Source: Bacillota bacterium (GTDB lineage Bacteria; Bacillota; Dethiobacteria; DTU022). Taken from it: 64,000 nucleotides of DNA. A model generated the notes under the pieces. The model was not told where the DNA came from and did no database searches. It saw only the letters and a program-made list of their open reading frames with translations. Below, in pieces: positions 42,711 to 52,012 of the stretch; the stretch's first letter is position 1; every line of letters begins with the position of its first letter. The translations under genes and the position numbers were made by a program. The stretch is from assembly GCA_030611385.1 (NCBI GenBank), contig JAUWPV010000001.1, positions 5,217-69,216 on the forward strand, read 5' to 3'.

Positions 42711-43775
42711 CTAATTACGAAAACGAAATAACAAAACATCCCCGTCTTTTACCTGGTAATCTCGACCTTCGGTTCGACAAAAACCTTTTTCCCGGGTCCG
42801 GGCAAGACTACCCTCGGTGATCAACCTATCCCAGGCGATAACCTCAACATTGATGAAGCCGCGTTCCATGTCTGTATGAACCTTTCCGGCCGCTTCAACC
42901 GCCCTGATTCCGGCGGGAACTATCCATGATCGCGCTTCATTACCTTTTACTGTATAGAAGGTTGATAGATTCAGGTGCTTGTAGCAATCTTCTAGTAGTT
43001 TCTCGGCGCGGCTTTCCTTTAAACCATAGGCTTCCAAAAACTGTTTCTGTTCATCTGGAGGCAGATCAGCAAGTTCTGCCTCCAGACTGGCACATATCGG
43101 AATAACCAGACTGTTTTCAGGGAACACAGATAAATCCGGATTGAGCAGTAGATCCTCGGTAAGATTATAAACATAAATCATTTCTTTGTAAGTCAACAGG
43201 CTAAGCTGCTCCAAGATAAGTTCTTCTTCCCTGGAAAAAGATAGGCTGCGCAGCGGTAACCCTTGATTCAGACAACTATCGAGCCGAGAAAGTAAAACGA
43301 GTTCAATGTGAGCAGCTTTGTCGCCGCTTTTTAATTTTGGCTCAACCTTCTGCTGCCTCCTGGCAACAATATCCAGATCGGCCAGGCTGAGTTCAATATT
43401 AACAATCTCCATTCGGGCTACCGGATCAAAAACATTATTTATCGCTCTGTCAAACCCAGCTATAACATGAATCATCAGGTTAACATTTCTCAGGTGGCCC
43501 AGAAATTGGTTGCCCAAACCCTCACCCCGGCTGGCCCCCTCAACCAGACCAGCCACATCAATAATTTCAATTGCTGCCGGGGTTATCTTTGTTGAAGCGC
43601 AAAGCTCCGCCAGAGCAGACAGGCGTTGATCCGGAATGGGAATAACTGCTTTATTGGGGTCAATTGTAGAAAACGGATAGTTTTCTATCGTCACATCAAG
43701 TGCAGTCAAGGCCTTAAAAAGCGTTGATTTGCCGGCATTTGGCAAACCGACAATACCACAGCTCCAGGCCATCAC
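42711..43775 (-). CDS. ychF: Ribosome-binding ATPase YchF (Obg-family GTPase/ATPase)
   Basis: GIVGLPNAGKSTLFKALT P-loop, with a TGS-like C-terminal domain; 354 aa. Confidence 0.9.
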   Translation of the reverse strand: MMAWSCGIVGLPNAGKSTLFKALTALDVTIENYPFSTIDPNKAVIPIPDQRLSALAELCASTKITPAAIEIIDVAGLVEGASRGEGLGNQFLGHLRNVNLMIHVIAGFDRAINNVFDPVARMEIVNIELSLADLDIVARRQQKVEPKLKSGDKAAHIELVLLSRLDSCLNQGLPLRSLSFSREEELILEQLSLLTYKEMIYVYNLTEDLLLNPDLSVFPENSLVIPICASLEAELADLPPDEQKQFLEAYGLKESRAEKLLEDCYKHLNLSTFYTVKGNEARSWIVPAGIRAVEAAGKVHTDMERGFINVEVIAWDRLITEGSLARTREKGFCRTEGRDYQVKDGDVLLFRFRN

Positions 43776-43789
43776 AAAACCCTCCCTGT

Positions 43790-43990
43790 TTATTCTGGTT
43801 CTGAATCGCCTTCTGAGAGCACACTCTTAACACGACGCTCGAAACGGGAGCGCGGTATTAGCACACTGCGCCCACATTTTTCACATTTAATCCGAAAATC
43901 CATCCCCACCCTGATAATTTGCCAACAGTTTGAGCCGCAGGGATGCCCTTTTTTCATCTGCACTAACTGCCCAACGTAGAAATGGGGCAT
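43790..43990 (-). CDS. DUF951 family small protein (YyzM-like), 4-Cys
   Basis: 66 aa with a CGSNCWQ...CEKCGR zinc-ribbon-like motif. The position between adk and ychF is conserved near rpsF in Firmicutes. Confidence 0.65.
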   Translation of the reverse strand: MPHFYVGQLVQMKKGHPCGSNCWQIIRVGMDFRIKCEKCGRSVLIPRSRFERRVKSVLSEGDSEPE

Positions 43991-44009
43991 GAATAACCTT
44001 CACCGGCCT

Positions 44010-44657
44010 CTAATAATCTTTGAGAATACTATTTATTTGTTTGTAAACACTATCAATATCCTGGTTGCCATCAATTGCGCTGAGGACTCCTTTTTCTCTA
44101 TAAAAACTGATCAATGGCTCAGTCTGCTTTTTATAAACTGCAAGTCTCTCTTTAACCGTTTCCAGGGTGTCGTCACTTCGCTGGTAAAGGTCACCGCCGC
44201 ACTGATCGCATACATTGCGCACTTTAGGTGGTTTAAACTTAACATGGTAACTTGCCCCACAGTCGCAGCAAATCCGCCTTCCGGTCAGACGATTAATTAG
44301 TTCGCCTTCTTCCACTTCGACAGAAAGAACACGGTCAATCCTGGCCTTAATATCAGGCAGCACTTGCTCTAAAAACGCAGCCTGCACTACAGTACGCGGA
44401 AACCCATCAAGAAGAGCTCCATTTGTGCAATCTGGTTCCAACAGGCGATCTTTGACGATTTCTACAACAAGCTCGTCTGGAACCAGCTGGCCTTGATCCA
44501 TATATTGACGCGCCTTACGACCCAGGGTTGTTTCTTCTTTCACTGCATTTCTCAAGATATCTCCTGTAGCGATATGGGCAATGTTATACTCATTAACAAT
44601 TTTTTCTGCCTGTGTGCCTTTGCCCGCTCCCGGTGGCCCCAGTAATATAATCAGCAT
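44010..44657 (-). CDS. adk: Adenylate kinase (long form with zinc-binding LID)
   Basis: P-loop GPPGAGKGTQ, and a LID with CDCG...CDQCGG. Confidence 0.95.
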   Translation of the reverse strand: MLIILLGPPGAGKGTQAEKIVNEYNIAHIATGDILRNAVKEETTLGRKARQYMDQGQLVPDELVVEIVKDRLLEPDCTNGALLDGFPRTVVQAAFLEQVLPDIKARIDRVLSVEVEEGELINRLTGRRICCDCGASYHVKFKPPKVRNVCDQCGGDLYQRSDDTLETVKERLAVYKKQTEPLISFYREKGVLSAIDGNQDIDSVYKQINSILKDY

Positions 44658-44878
44658 GTCGATACCTCACTTTTCAAAGCTTTCTTTTCCATAATAAGAT
44701 TAACTGTTCTTCCTTTCAACTGCAAATCCTGCATGTTAAAGGTAAAATAACGAATCCAAACCTGGTCCGATTATTTTGAAAAAGTACTGTAACCGACTAA
44801 TTCCCGTGTCCAGATCTTTAACAACCTGACCTGCGCTTAAGCAAAATATTAGCTAATAAAGTGTATAGATCCTCTTCT

Positions 44879-44908
44879 CGAAAAAAGAAGCACCCGGTGA
44901 GGCGCTTC
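44879..44908 (-). terminator. Rho-independent terminator downstream of the bactofilin gene
   Basis: Minus strand reads GAAGCGCC-TCACCG-GGTGCTTC followed by TTTTTTCG. Confidence 0.65.
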
Positions 44909-45003
44909 CAAAGGTACAACCTATACCCATAGAAATCTACTGATTTACATGATCAGTCGTACTGGTTCCGCTGAAGTTACCATACCGCTTACTTATATCC
45001 TTA

Positions 45004-45417
45004 TTATTCAGAAACAGCGGCCTTATTGTTTAACTCTCGCATGAGAGCTTGAGTTCCAGTTTGTTCCTTATGTTTCATTTCCATACTTCCAGTCATCACG
45101 GCGCCATCTTCTACCAACAGAGTATTTGCTTTTAATACACCAACAACAGTTGCCGTCTTCTTAATCTCAAGCCTGCCTTCTGCTACAAGGGTACCTTCAT
45201 AATTGCCGGCAATTGTAATGTTGCGGCCTTCCAGATCTGCTTTTACCCAACCACCTTCACCGATAATTACATCACCCGTATTTGAAATAGTTCCTTCTGC
45301 CAGACCATCGATCCGGATTAAACCTTTGCCATTAATAGTACCCTTGAAAGAGGCATCCTTACCGATAATCGTGTTAACTTTATCTGGCGGTGTTTCAAGA
45401 TTATCCTTTTTAAACAA
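45004..45417 (-). CDS. Bactofilin-family cytoskeletal protein
   Basis: 137 aa beta-helical repeat pattern (GxVxGxIxxxG... repeats: IRIDGLAEGTISNTGDVIIGEGGWVKADLEGRNITIAGNYEGTLVA). Confidence 0.8.
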   Translation of the reverse strand: MFKKDNLETPPDKVNTIIGKDASFKGTINGKGLIRIDGLAEGTISNTGDVIIGEGGWVKADLEGRNITIAGNYEGTLVAEGRLEIKKTATVVGVLKANTLLVEDGAVMTGSMEMKHKEQTGTQALMRELNNKAAVSE

Positions 45418-45438
45418 AACATCATCCTCCTTAAGCTA

Positions 45439-46374
45439 TTACTGCGTTAAGTAGTTATTGGGATTGACTGGCGAACCATTATAACGCACTTCATAGTGAA
45501 GGTGTGTGCCTGTGGTTCTACCTGATGCTCCCATATAACCAACTGTCTGGCCCCTCTCAACACTATCTCCGGCAGTAACTGCAAACCCCGAAAGGTGGGC
45601 ATAGTAGGTTTCGTAACCATAGCCATGAACAACAATGATCAGGTTACCGTAGCTCCCCCGGTAGCCGGTAAATGAAACCTCACCTCCGGCAGCGGCCCAG
45701 ATAGAAGAACCGTATGCACCGAGAATATCAATGCCGGTATGGAACTGGTAGCCGTCCGCAGCATAGGGGATTCTTCTCATGCCAAATCCGGAAATAAGAC
45801 GGCCACGGGCCGGCCAGATGGAAGGTTTTGCCTGTTCCTGCTCCACGTACTCTCCAACCCGATCGAGAGTTTCGGAGCGTTCAGGAATAATATTTTGCAA
45901 CATAGCAATATTTTCTACTGCCCGTTCGAGAACCCCACCTGTCGAGGAGCGACTGCTGTATGACCGATCGTAAGTCAGGTAATCTGCAGAGTGAACAGAA
46001 TCTGGATTCTGTGAAGACTGGTTCTTCAAACCATTATTCAAAGTACCCGGGTCGAGTTCAAGCTGATCAGTAACCAACTCTACCAGTTCATCAATTGCCT
46101 GAATCTGATCCATCACGCGTTGAGTTTCAACTGCCAGCGCATCGATTTCCTCCTGCTGCGCCTTGTTTATTTGTCTTAACGTATCGGCCTCTTTAGCCTC
46201 GGTAGCTGCTTGTAGGTAAGCATAGCCAAGCACAGAAACACCGGTAACACATAACACTAAAAGACCGACAACAATTTGCAAAAGATATAAAGGGAGCCGA
46301 ATACTATAGATTGCTTCTTCAGAATGAGGAACGATCATTATAGTAAAACAGCGTTTTCCCACCGACATTGGCAT
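45439..46374 (-). CDS. M23 family metallopeptidase with N-terminal TM anchor and coiled-coil
   Basis: C-terminal HTGIDILGAYG...GTHLHYEV M23 zinc motifs. An N-terminal hydrophobic helix is followed by a coiled coil (EIDALAVETQRVMDQIQAIDEL). Confidence 0.85.
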   Translation of the reverse strand: MPMSVGKRCFTIMIVPHSEEAIYSIRLPLYLLQIVVGLLVLCVTGVSVLGYAYLQAATEAKEADTLRQINKAQQEEIDALAVETQRVMDQIQAIDELVELVTDQLELDPGTLNNGLKNQSSQNPDSVHSADYLTYDRSYSSRSSTGGVLERAVENIAMLQNIIPERSETLDRVGEYVEQEQAKPSIWPARGRLISGFGMRRIPYAADGYQFHTGIDILGAYGSSIWAAAGGEVSFTGYRGSYGNLIIVVHGYGYETYYAHLSGFAVTAGDSVERGQTVGYMGASGRTTGTHLHYEVRYNGSPVNPNNYLTQ

Positions 46375-46556
46375 GATTCTTTACTTTCCTTTCAACCCTA
46401 AAAAAACAGGGTAAACAAAGATTATTGAACTATATATTTACCCTGGGCGACAAATAGCGAGGCAATTATAACATAGATGAGTGCATCCAACCAATCGAAT
46501 CAATCGGCAGGAAGCTAAGCGCAAAATTTTTTTCATATTGGGGTTTGACTCTATTA

Positions 46557-46572
46557 TGTTTCACGTGAAACA
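46557..46572. promoter_or_regulatory. parS: parS centromere-like site (TGTTTCACGTGAAACA), 5 bp downstream of spo0J stop
   Basis: A perfect 16-bp palindrome matching the Firmicutes parS consensus tGTTnCACGTGAAACa. Confidence 0.85.
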
Positions 46573-46577
46573 TAATC

Positions 46578-47438
46578 TTAAATGCCCTCGGGTAAAAATT
46601 TGGATACAAGACGCTCAAGATCTTCTTCACTGTAATAAAATATTTCAATGGTCCCGCCGCTTTTCCCCTGCTTAAATCTTACTTTTGTTCCCAGACAGCG
46701 TTGTATTTGCAGCTGCAGTTCAGCATGCAGGGGATCTTGCACACTGCTGTGATCCTGATTTCTTTCTTTGCGAACCCGTGTATTAATAAATGTTGCCATT
46801 TTCTCAGCTTCCCTGGCCGAAAGGCCTTCTTCAATAATCTGCATTGCGGCTTCATATTGTTGCTTTGGATCGCTAATCGACAGCAGGGGCCGCACCTGGC
46901 CCGCTGTTACTTCGCCTTTGATCAGTAAATCCATAACTTCAGTCTGCAATGATAACAGCCTGATGCTATTGGCGATTGAAGATCGGCTTCTACCGATGCG
47001 GCGAGCCAATTCCTCCTGAGTATAATTATACTCTTGCATCAATCTCCGATACGCCTGCGCTTCTTCAACAGGATTTAAATCCTCGCGTTGTAGGTTCTCA
47101 ATTAGGGCAATCTCCAACATTGCTTTTCTATCCAGCATTTTAACAACAGCTGGTATAGCCCTCAATCCTGCTATTTTTGCTGCCCGGCAACGTCTCTCTC
47201 CGGCCACTAAAATATAATCGCCTTCGCTTGATGGAGACACTACCACGGCCTGTAGAACACCGTGTTCCTTAATCGACAACGCCAGTTCCTGAAGTCTTCC
47301 ATCATCAAAAGACTGGCGGGGTTGAAAAGGATTTGGTTTGATCCGGTCAAGCTCAATTTCATTGGTTTCCGCCGGCCCAGCCAGAGCTTCGGGAATCAGT
47401 GCTCCCAGACCTTTTCCTAACCGCCTTTTTTCGCTCAT
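46578..47438 (-). CDS. spo0J: Chromosome partitioning protein ParB/Spo0J
   Basis: [10 protein letters not shown] and IKPNPFQPR ParB-box motifs, with an HTH region; 286 aa. Confidence 0.92.
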   Translation of the reverse strand: MSEKRRLGKGLGALIPEALAGPAETNEIELDRIKPNPFQPRQSFDDGRLQELALSIKEHGVLQAVVVSPSSEGDYILVAGERRCRAAKIAGLRAIPAVVKMLDRKAMLEIALIENLQREDLNPVEEAQAYRRLMQEYNYTQEELARRIGRSRSSIANSIRLLSLQTEVMDLLIKGEVTAGQVRPLLSISDPKQQYEAAMQIIEEGLSAREAEKMATFINTRVRKERNQDHSSVQDPLHAELQLQIQRCLGTKVRFKQGKSGGTIEIFYYSEEDLERLVSKFLPEGI

Positions 47439-48193
47439 CTCTTCAAAACCTCCCGAGCTAATGAAAGATGCAACTCTGCTCCCCTGCTGCGTGGGTCATA
47501 CTCCAGGATATGTTGCCCATAGCTGGGCGCTTCACTTAAGCGTACATTGCGTGGGATAATCGTATCGTAAACATATTCATTAAAATAGTTTCGTACTTCC
47601 TCGGCCACCTGTTCAGAAAGATTTGTCCGTATATCATACATTGTCAGAACTACCCCTTCAATACGCAATTCTTTATTCAGGTGTTTTCGAACAAGGGTAA
47701 TCGTGTTCATAAGCTGGCCAAGACCCTCCAGAGCGTAATATTCGCATTGAATCGGAATGAGCACTCCATTTGCTGCATTTAGAGCGTTAAGTGTCAATAA
47801 ACCCAGCGAGGGAGGACAATCAATAATGACAAACTGGTACTCGTCTTTTACCGGGGCAAGCGCGCGTTTAAGCTTCTCCTCGCGGGATACCAGCGAAACC
47901 AATTCTATCTCTGCGCCAGCCAACTGGATTGTTGCTGGGACAACGGATAGATTCTCCCAACGCGATAAAAGGATTATTTTTTTTAAAGGTAGTTCATCAA
48001 TTAAAGCATTATAAATGCAGGAATGGATATCCTTTTTTAAAAGCCCTATCCCACTGGTGGTATTCCCCTGGGGGTCTGTATCCACCAGTAAAACTTTGGC
48101 GCCCATTTTCGCCAGGGATGCGCTCAGGTTAATCGCTGTTGTAGTTTTACCCACACCGCCTTTTTGATTAGCAATTGCTATAACACGCGACAT
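47435..48193 (-). CDS. soj: Chromosome partitioning ATPase ParA/Soj
   Basis: Deviant Walker A KGGVGKTT; 252 aa; translationally coupled with spo0J. Confidence 0.95.
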   Translation of the reverse strand: MSRVIAIANQKGGVGKTTTAINLSASLAKMGAKVLLVDTDPQGNTTSGIGLLKKDIHSCIYNALIDELPLKKIILLSRWENLSVVPATIQLAGAEIELVSLVSREEKLKRALAPVKDEYQFVIIDCPPSLGLLTLNALNAANGVLIPIQCEYYALEGLGQLMNTITLVRKHLNKELRIEGVVLTMYDIRTNLSEQVAEEVRNYFNEYVYDTIIPRNVRLSEAPSYGQHILEYDPRSRGAELHLSLAREVLKR

Positions 48194-48246
48194 GATATCT
48201 CTCTCCTAATCTGGTCTCGCCAGATTTAAATTGAATACGCTTGAGC

Positions 48247-49092
48247 TTACTTATTACCTGGCTGTAACATTTCCCTGGTCAGGCGAATGGTAACTTCAAT
48301 ATAATCGGGCTCAATTGTTTCCTCTACTTCAGGATAAAGTCCCGAACGCTGTATTATCGCCACCGCCTCGCGGATTGTGTTTAAAACAATCCGCATGTCC
48401 CGGATAATCGGCTTCAATCTTTTTGTTTTCTCTTTACCACTTACCTGTTCAGAAATCTTTTCAATACGTTTTTCTGCCTGGCTTACAGTCAAACCCCTTT
48501 CTGCTATTTCATGGATAGTCTTCAATTGCTTTTCTTCAGAATCAAGCCTAAGCAAAGCACGGGCATGCCTTTCGGTTAAACCCTGTTTCAATAGCTTTTC
48601 CTGAACCTTTTTTGTTAACCTGAGCAGCCTGATTTTATTGGCAATTGTTGATTGACTCTTCCCCAGGCGCTGAGCCAAAACTTCCTGTGTAAGATCAAAA
48701 TTTTTCATTAAACTAACATAACCCATGGCTTCTTCAATATAGTTTAAATTTTCACGCTGTAAGTTTTCGATTAAAGCAATCGTGGCCATAGCATTATCAG
48801 AAAGGGTTTGGACCGCTGCCGAGATCTTCTTCCATCCGAGCTTCCGACAGGCTAAATATCTTCTTTCGCCGACAACCAACTGATACCCATTACCCGCTCG
48901 GCGGACAACAACTGGTTGGATCAGGCCGCAAGCTTTAATTGATTGGGCCAGTTCGTCAATTTTTTCTTCGGATATTTCCCGGCGTGGCTGGAATGGATTC
49001 GGCCTGATTTTATCGATATCAATTGCCAATAATTTATCTGTAGCCGGTTCGTTTTCGTTTTGTGGAAATTGTTCTACCCATTTTTCTTTCAT
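48247..49092 (-). CDS. noc: Nucleoid occlusion protein Noc (ParB paralog). The start is set at the internal ATG (281 aa); the ORF-track TTG at 49161 is less likely.
   Basis: ParB-like IRPNPFQPR box and an HTH. Its position between rsmG and soj is typical of Noc. Length matches B. subtilis Noc. Confidence 0.75.
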   Translation of the reverse strand: MKEKWVEQFPQNENEPATDKLLAIDIDKIRPNPFQPRREISEEKIDELAQSIKACGLIQPVVVRRAGNGYQLVVGERRYLACRKLGWKKISAAVQTLSDNAMATIALIENLQRENLNYIEEAMGYVSLMKNFDLTQEVLAQRLGKSQSTIANKIRLLRLTKKVQEKLLKQGLTERHARALLRLDSEEKQLKTIHEIAERGLTVSQAEKRIEKISEQVSGKEKTKRLKPIIRDMRIVLNTIREAVAIIQRSGLYPEVEETIEPDYIEVTIRLTREMLQPGNK

Positions 49093-49189
49093 TACTCCAA
49101 CACCCTTATTAATATTTCGCTGCTTTCCTTTAATTAGACAACCAGCTATTCTTTCCTTCAAACAACTATCAATAATATTATAATCAAAT

Positions 49190-49915
49190 CTACTGCAACG
49201 GTTTTCTTGCGGGTATACCTTCTGCCCGTGGATATTGTGGGGGGGTGTGCTTCGTTTTTTTTAAAAGATAAAGAGATCTTTTTTCTCCTGTTGGTAAATT
49301 ATAAAACCATACTTTTTCTATATTCCCGCCGCATAATGCAATCGCTTTCCCGGCCTGCTCGGCTTCCTGAGCTCCCCGTGGGCCCTTGTAAAATACTGCC
49401 CGGCCGCCAACCTTTAACATCGGCATAGCCAACTCCGTCAATACGGCAGTTTTGGCAACCGCTTTACTTAAAACAAAATCGTAGTTCTCCCGATGATCAA
49501 TGCTGTGAGCCAATTTTTCCGCTCTGCCACACAGGAATTCAATTTTATCCAGACCAAGGAGAGCAGCAGTCGTTTTCAGGAAATTTATTTTTCGCTGATT
49601 TGCATCCAGCAGATCCATAAATATTTCTGGTAGGCAGATTTTGATCGGTATGCCCGGAAAGCCTCCTCCGCTGCCCAGATCAAGGATTTTACATCCCCGG
49701 GGGAACGCCAGTATTTTTAAGGGATATAAGGAATCGTAGATTTGTTTTCTAATTACACCCTCGGCGGTCCTTTCTCCGGTCAATCTCTGTTTCTGCAAAC
49801 CTTCAAACAGTAAGTCAGTATACTGCAAGAGTTTTTTTTGTTGAACAAAACTTACCACTAGATGAAGTGCTGTGAGCACCTCATCGAGCACAGCTTCCGG
49901 TGATTGTAGGGGCAT
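49190..49915 (-). CDS. rsmG: 16S rRNA (guanine527-N7)-methyltransferase RsmG/GidB
   Basis: SAM-binding LDLGSGGGFPGIPI motif; 241 aa. Confidence 0.9.
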   Translation of the reverse strand: MPLQSPEAVLDEVLTALHLVVSFVQQKKLLQYTDLLFEGLQKQRLTGERTAEGVIRKQIYDSLYPLKILAFPRGCKILDLGSGGGFPGIPIKICLPEIFMDLLDANQRKINFLKTTAALLGLDKIEFLCGRAEKLAHSIDHRENYDFVLSKAVAKTAVLTELAMPMLKVGGRAVFYKGPRGAQEAEQAGKAIALCGGNIEKVWFYNLPTGEKRSLYLLKKTKHTPPQYPRAEGIPARKPLQ

Positions 49916-49939
49916 CAGTATTCCTTTCTCAGGTGATAC

Positions 49940-51325
49940 CTACTTACCCAGGCAAAATTCACTGAATATCTTGTCAAGAAGCGTTTCACTTACGGTATCA
50001 CCAGTTATTTCACCCAACTTATTCCAAGCATTTTGCAGCTCCAGGCTGATCAGCTCCACCGGTTGAGTTTTAATAGTACTCTGTGCATTTTCCAGGCTCT
50101 TCAATGTTTCACAAAGTACCTCTTCATGCCTCAACGAAAATAACATCGTATTCTCTGCTGCGGAGCATAGAAAAAGATCAAGTTGTCTGGTTACTGCTTC
50201 TTCAAGCTGCTGAACCCCTTCTTCCCTGATTGCGGCAGTGCAAACTATTTCTTCATTCGGGAATAGATTATTGATGATTTCCGGCGATAATTGTTGCTGA
50301 AGATCTTTTTTATTAACTGCAACTACCAGGCCTTGTGTTGCCTGTCTCAGGTCGGCAATTTCTTGATCCAGATCCGTCCATTTTGATGAACCGTCAAGAA
50401 CCATGATCAACATTTTAGCTTGAGCAGCCGCCATACGTGATCGTTCAATGCCCTGTTTTTCAACCGGATCTGTGGTATTCTGTATACCCGCAGTGTCAAT
50501 CAACCTGATTGGGTACCCCCCCAGATTTAAATAGCCCTCGAGAAGATCTCGGGTAGTGCCCGGTGCTTCGTGAACAATAGCTCGCTGCTGGCGCAAAAGA
50601 GCATTAAGCAGAGATGACTTACCTACGTTTGGCCTGCCAATAATAGCAACAGTGACACCCTCCTGGTACGCCCTGTTTCTCTCAACACCTTGAAGTAACT
50701 TTTTAATTGTAGTGTGTAGCTCTTTAAGTGCCCCTGCAAGGGAATTTGGACGATCACCTTTTCCTTCAAACTCCTCCGGATAATCGATCGAAGCTTCAAT
50801 CGGGGCACGTATCTCAATAATCCGCGTTCTGATCTGCTCTATCTTTTGGGCTAATTCACCCTGGAGAGTTCTGGCAGCTGCTTTGACCGCTTCTTCAGAA
50901 CGCGCGCGAATCATATTCAAAACTGCTTCTGCCTGACTCAGGTCAATTCTGCCGTGGATGAAAGCTCTTTTTGTAAATTCACCAGGTTCAGTCAGGCGTG
51001 CTCCTGCTTCCAGTACAAGCTTCAGGATTGTGCGCAGTGTAAATATACCACTGTGACAGTTTATTTCTACGATATCTTCCCGCGTATAGGTATAAGGAGC
51101 CGGCATGAATGAAACCAACACTTCGTCGACAATATTTTTATCAAGGTCCCTGATCAGACCATAGTAAAGGCGCCTCGGTTGCGGGTATGACGCATTGCCA
51201 CTTTTCGGACAATCAAAGATTGAACTGACAATGGCAAAGGCATCCGGGCCGCTAAGACGGACAATGCCGATTCCGCCCTCACCAAGAGGAGTACTAATAG
51301 CAGCAATGGTTTCTAGTTCAGACAA
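49940..51325 (-). CDS. mnmE: tRNA modification GTPase MnmE/TrmE. The start is a TTG at 51325 with a GGAGGATG RBS.
   Basis: SELETIAAISTPLGEGGIGIVRLSG N-terminus, G-domain (GRPNVGKSSLLNAL), and a C-terminal CxGK-type ending (FCLGK). Confidence 0.9.
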   Translation of the reverse strand: MSELETIAAISTPLGEGGIGIVRLSGPDAFAIVSSIFDCPKSGNASYPQPRRLYYGLIRDLDKNIVDEVLVSFMPAPYTYTREDIVEINCHSGIFTLRTILKLVLEAGARLTEPGEFTKRAFIHGRIDLSQAEAVLNMIRARSEEAVKAAARTLQGELAQKIEQIRTRIIEIRAPIEASIDYPEEFEGKGDRPNSLAGALKELHTTIKKLLQGVERNRAYQEGVTVAIIGRPNVGKSSLLNALLRQQRAIVHEAPGTTRDLLEGYLNLGGYPIRLIDTAGIQNTTDPVEKQGIERSRMAAAQAKMLIMVLDGSSKWTDLDQEIADLRQATQGLVVAVNKKDLQQQLSPEIINNLFPNEEIVCTAAIREEGVQQLEEAVTRQLDLFLCSAAENTMLFSLRHEEVLCETLKSLENAQSTIKTQPVELISLELQNAWNKLGEITGDTVSETLLDKIFSEFCLGK

Positions 51326-51350
51326 GTTTACATCCTCCAGCTTAAGCAAT

Positions 51351-51377
51351 AAAAAGCCGCCCCACAAATGGGGCGGC
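51351..51377 (-). terminator. Rho-independent terminator between jag and mnmE
   Basis: Minus strand reads GCCGCCCCA-TTTG-TGGGGCGGC followed by TTTTT. The 9-bp stem is perfect and GC-rich. Confidence 0.8.
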
Positions 51378-51391
51378 AGCGCACTGTCCCC

Positions 51392-52012
51392 TTAATGGGG
51401 AGCAATAACAACCTTCCGGAAGGGCTCCTCCCCGGCACTGTAAGTTGTAATACCAGGATAGCTCTGCAGAGCAATATGAATAATTCTTCTTTCCTGTGGA
51501 GTCATCGGCTCCAGCGCTTGTTCATAACCTTCCTGACTGACTTGCCGGGCAACGCTCATGGCCAGATTAGTTAGAACCTTCTCTCTCCGTAAACGGTAAT
51601 TCTCAACATCCAAAACTATCATTTTATTCAGCAAGGCATACTGCCTTCTCATTACTATATTCAAAATATACTGGAGATCATTCAGGGTTCGCCCACGGCG
51701 TCCAATCAGTGCGCCGACTTCCTGGCCGAATATTGCTGCGTCGAGCTTATCTGCTTCCTCTGTTACTGTAATCCGCCCATCAATATTCATATACCGCAAC
51801 AGCTCTTCTAGATATACTTTCAGATACTCCGGCGGATCCAAAACAGGCTTTACACAAACCCGTGCATTTTTGTTGCCGATAAACCCCAACAAACCCTGAG
51901 ACGGCTCGTCTTTTATCTCTATTATTGCATTTTCCTTCTTGATGCCGAGAGAAACAAGGGCTTTTTCTACCGCTTCATCCAATGTCCGGCCTGTAGCCTC
52001 ATATTCACTCAT
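51392..52012 (-). CDS. jag: Jag/KhpB (EloR) RNA-binding protein with Jag_N, KH and R3H domains
   Basis: 206 aa, with the conserved position after yidC. The R3H-like C-terminal region is IIHIALQSYPGITTYSAGEEPFRKVVI. Confidence 0.88.
   Translation of the reverse strand: MSEYEATGRTLDEAVEKALVSLGIKKENAIIEIKDEPSQGLLGFIGNKNARVCVKPVLDPPEYLKVYLEELLRYMNIDGRITVTEEADKLDAAIFGQEVGALIGRRGRTLNDLQYILNIVMRRQYALLNKMIVLDVENYRLRREKVLTNLAMSVARQVSQEGYEQALEPMTPQERRIIHIALQSYPGITTYSAGEEPFRKVVIAPH

Noticed and set aside
42431-42739. 102-aa minus-strand ORF overlapping the AI-2E transporter gene start and the ychF stop
   Set aside because: It is an alternate frame of a well-supported membrane-protein gene, with no independent signals.
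46466-46648. 60-aa minus-strand ORF spanning the spo0J 3' end and parS
   Set aside because: It overlaps the perfect parS palindrome and the spo0J stop, and has no RBS. The open frame is explained by the palindromic regulatory site.
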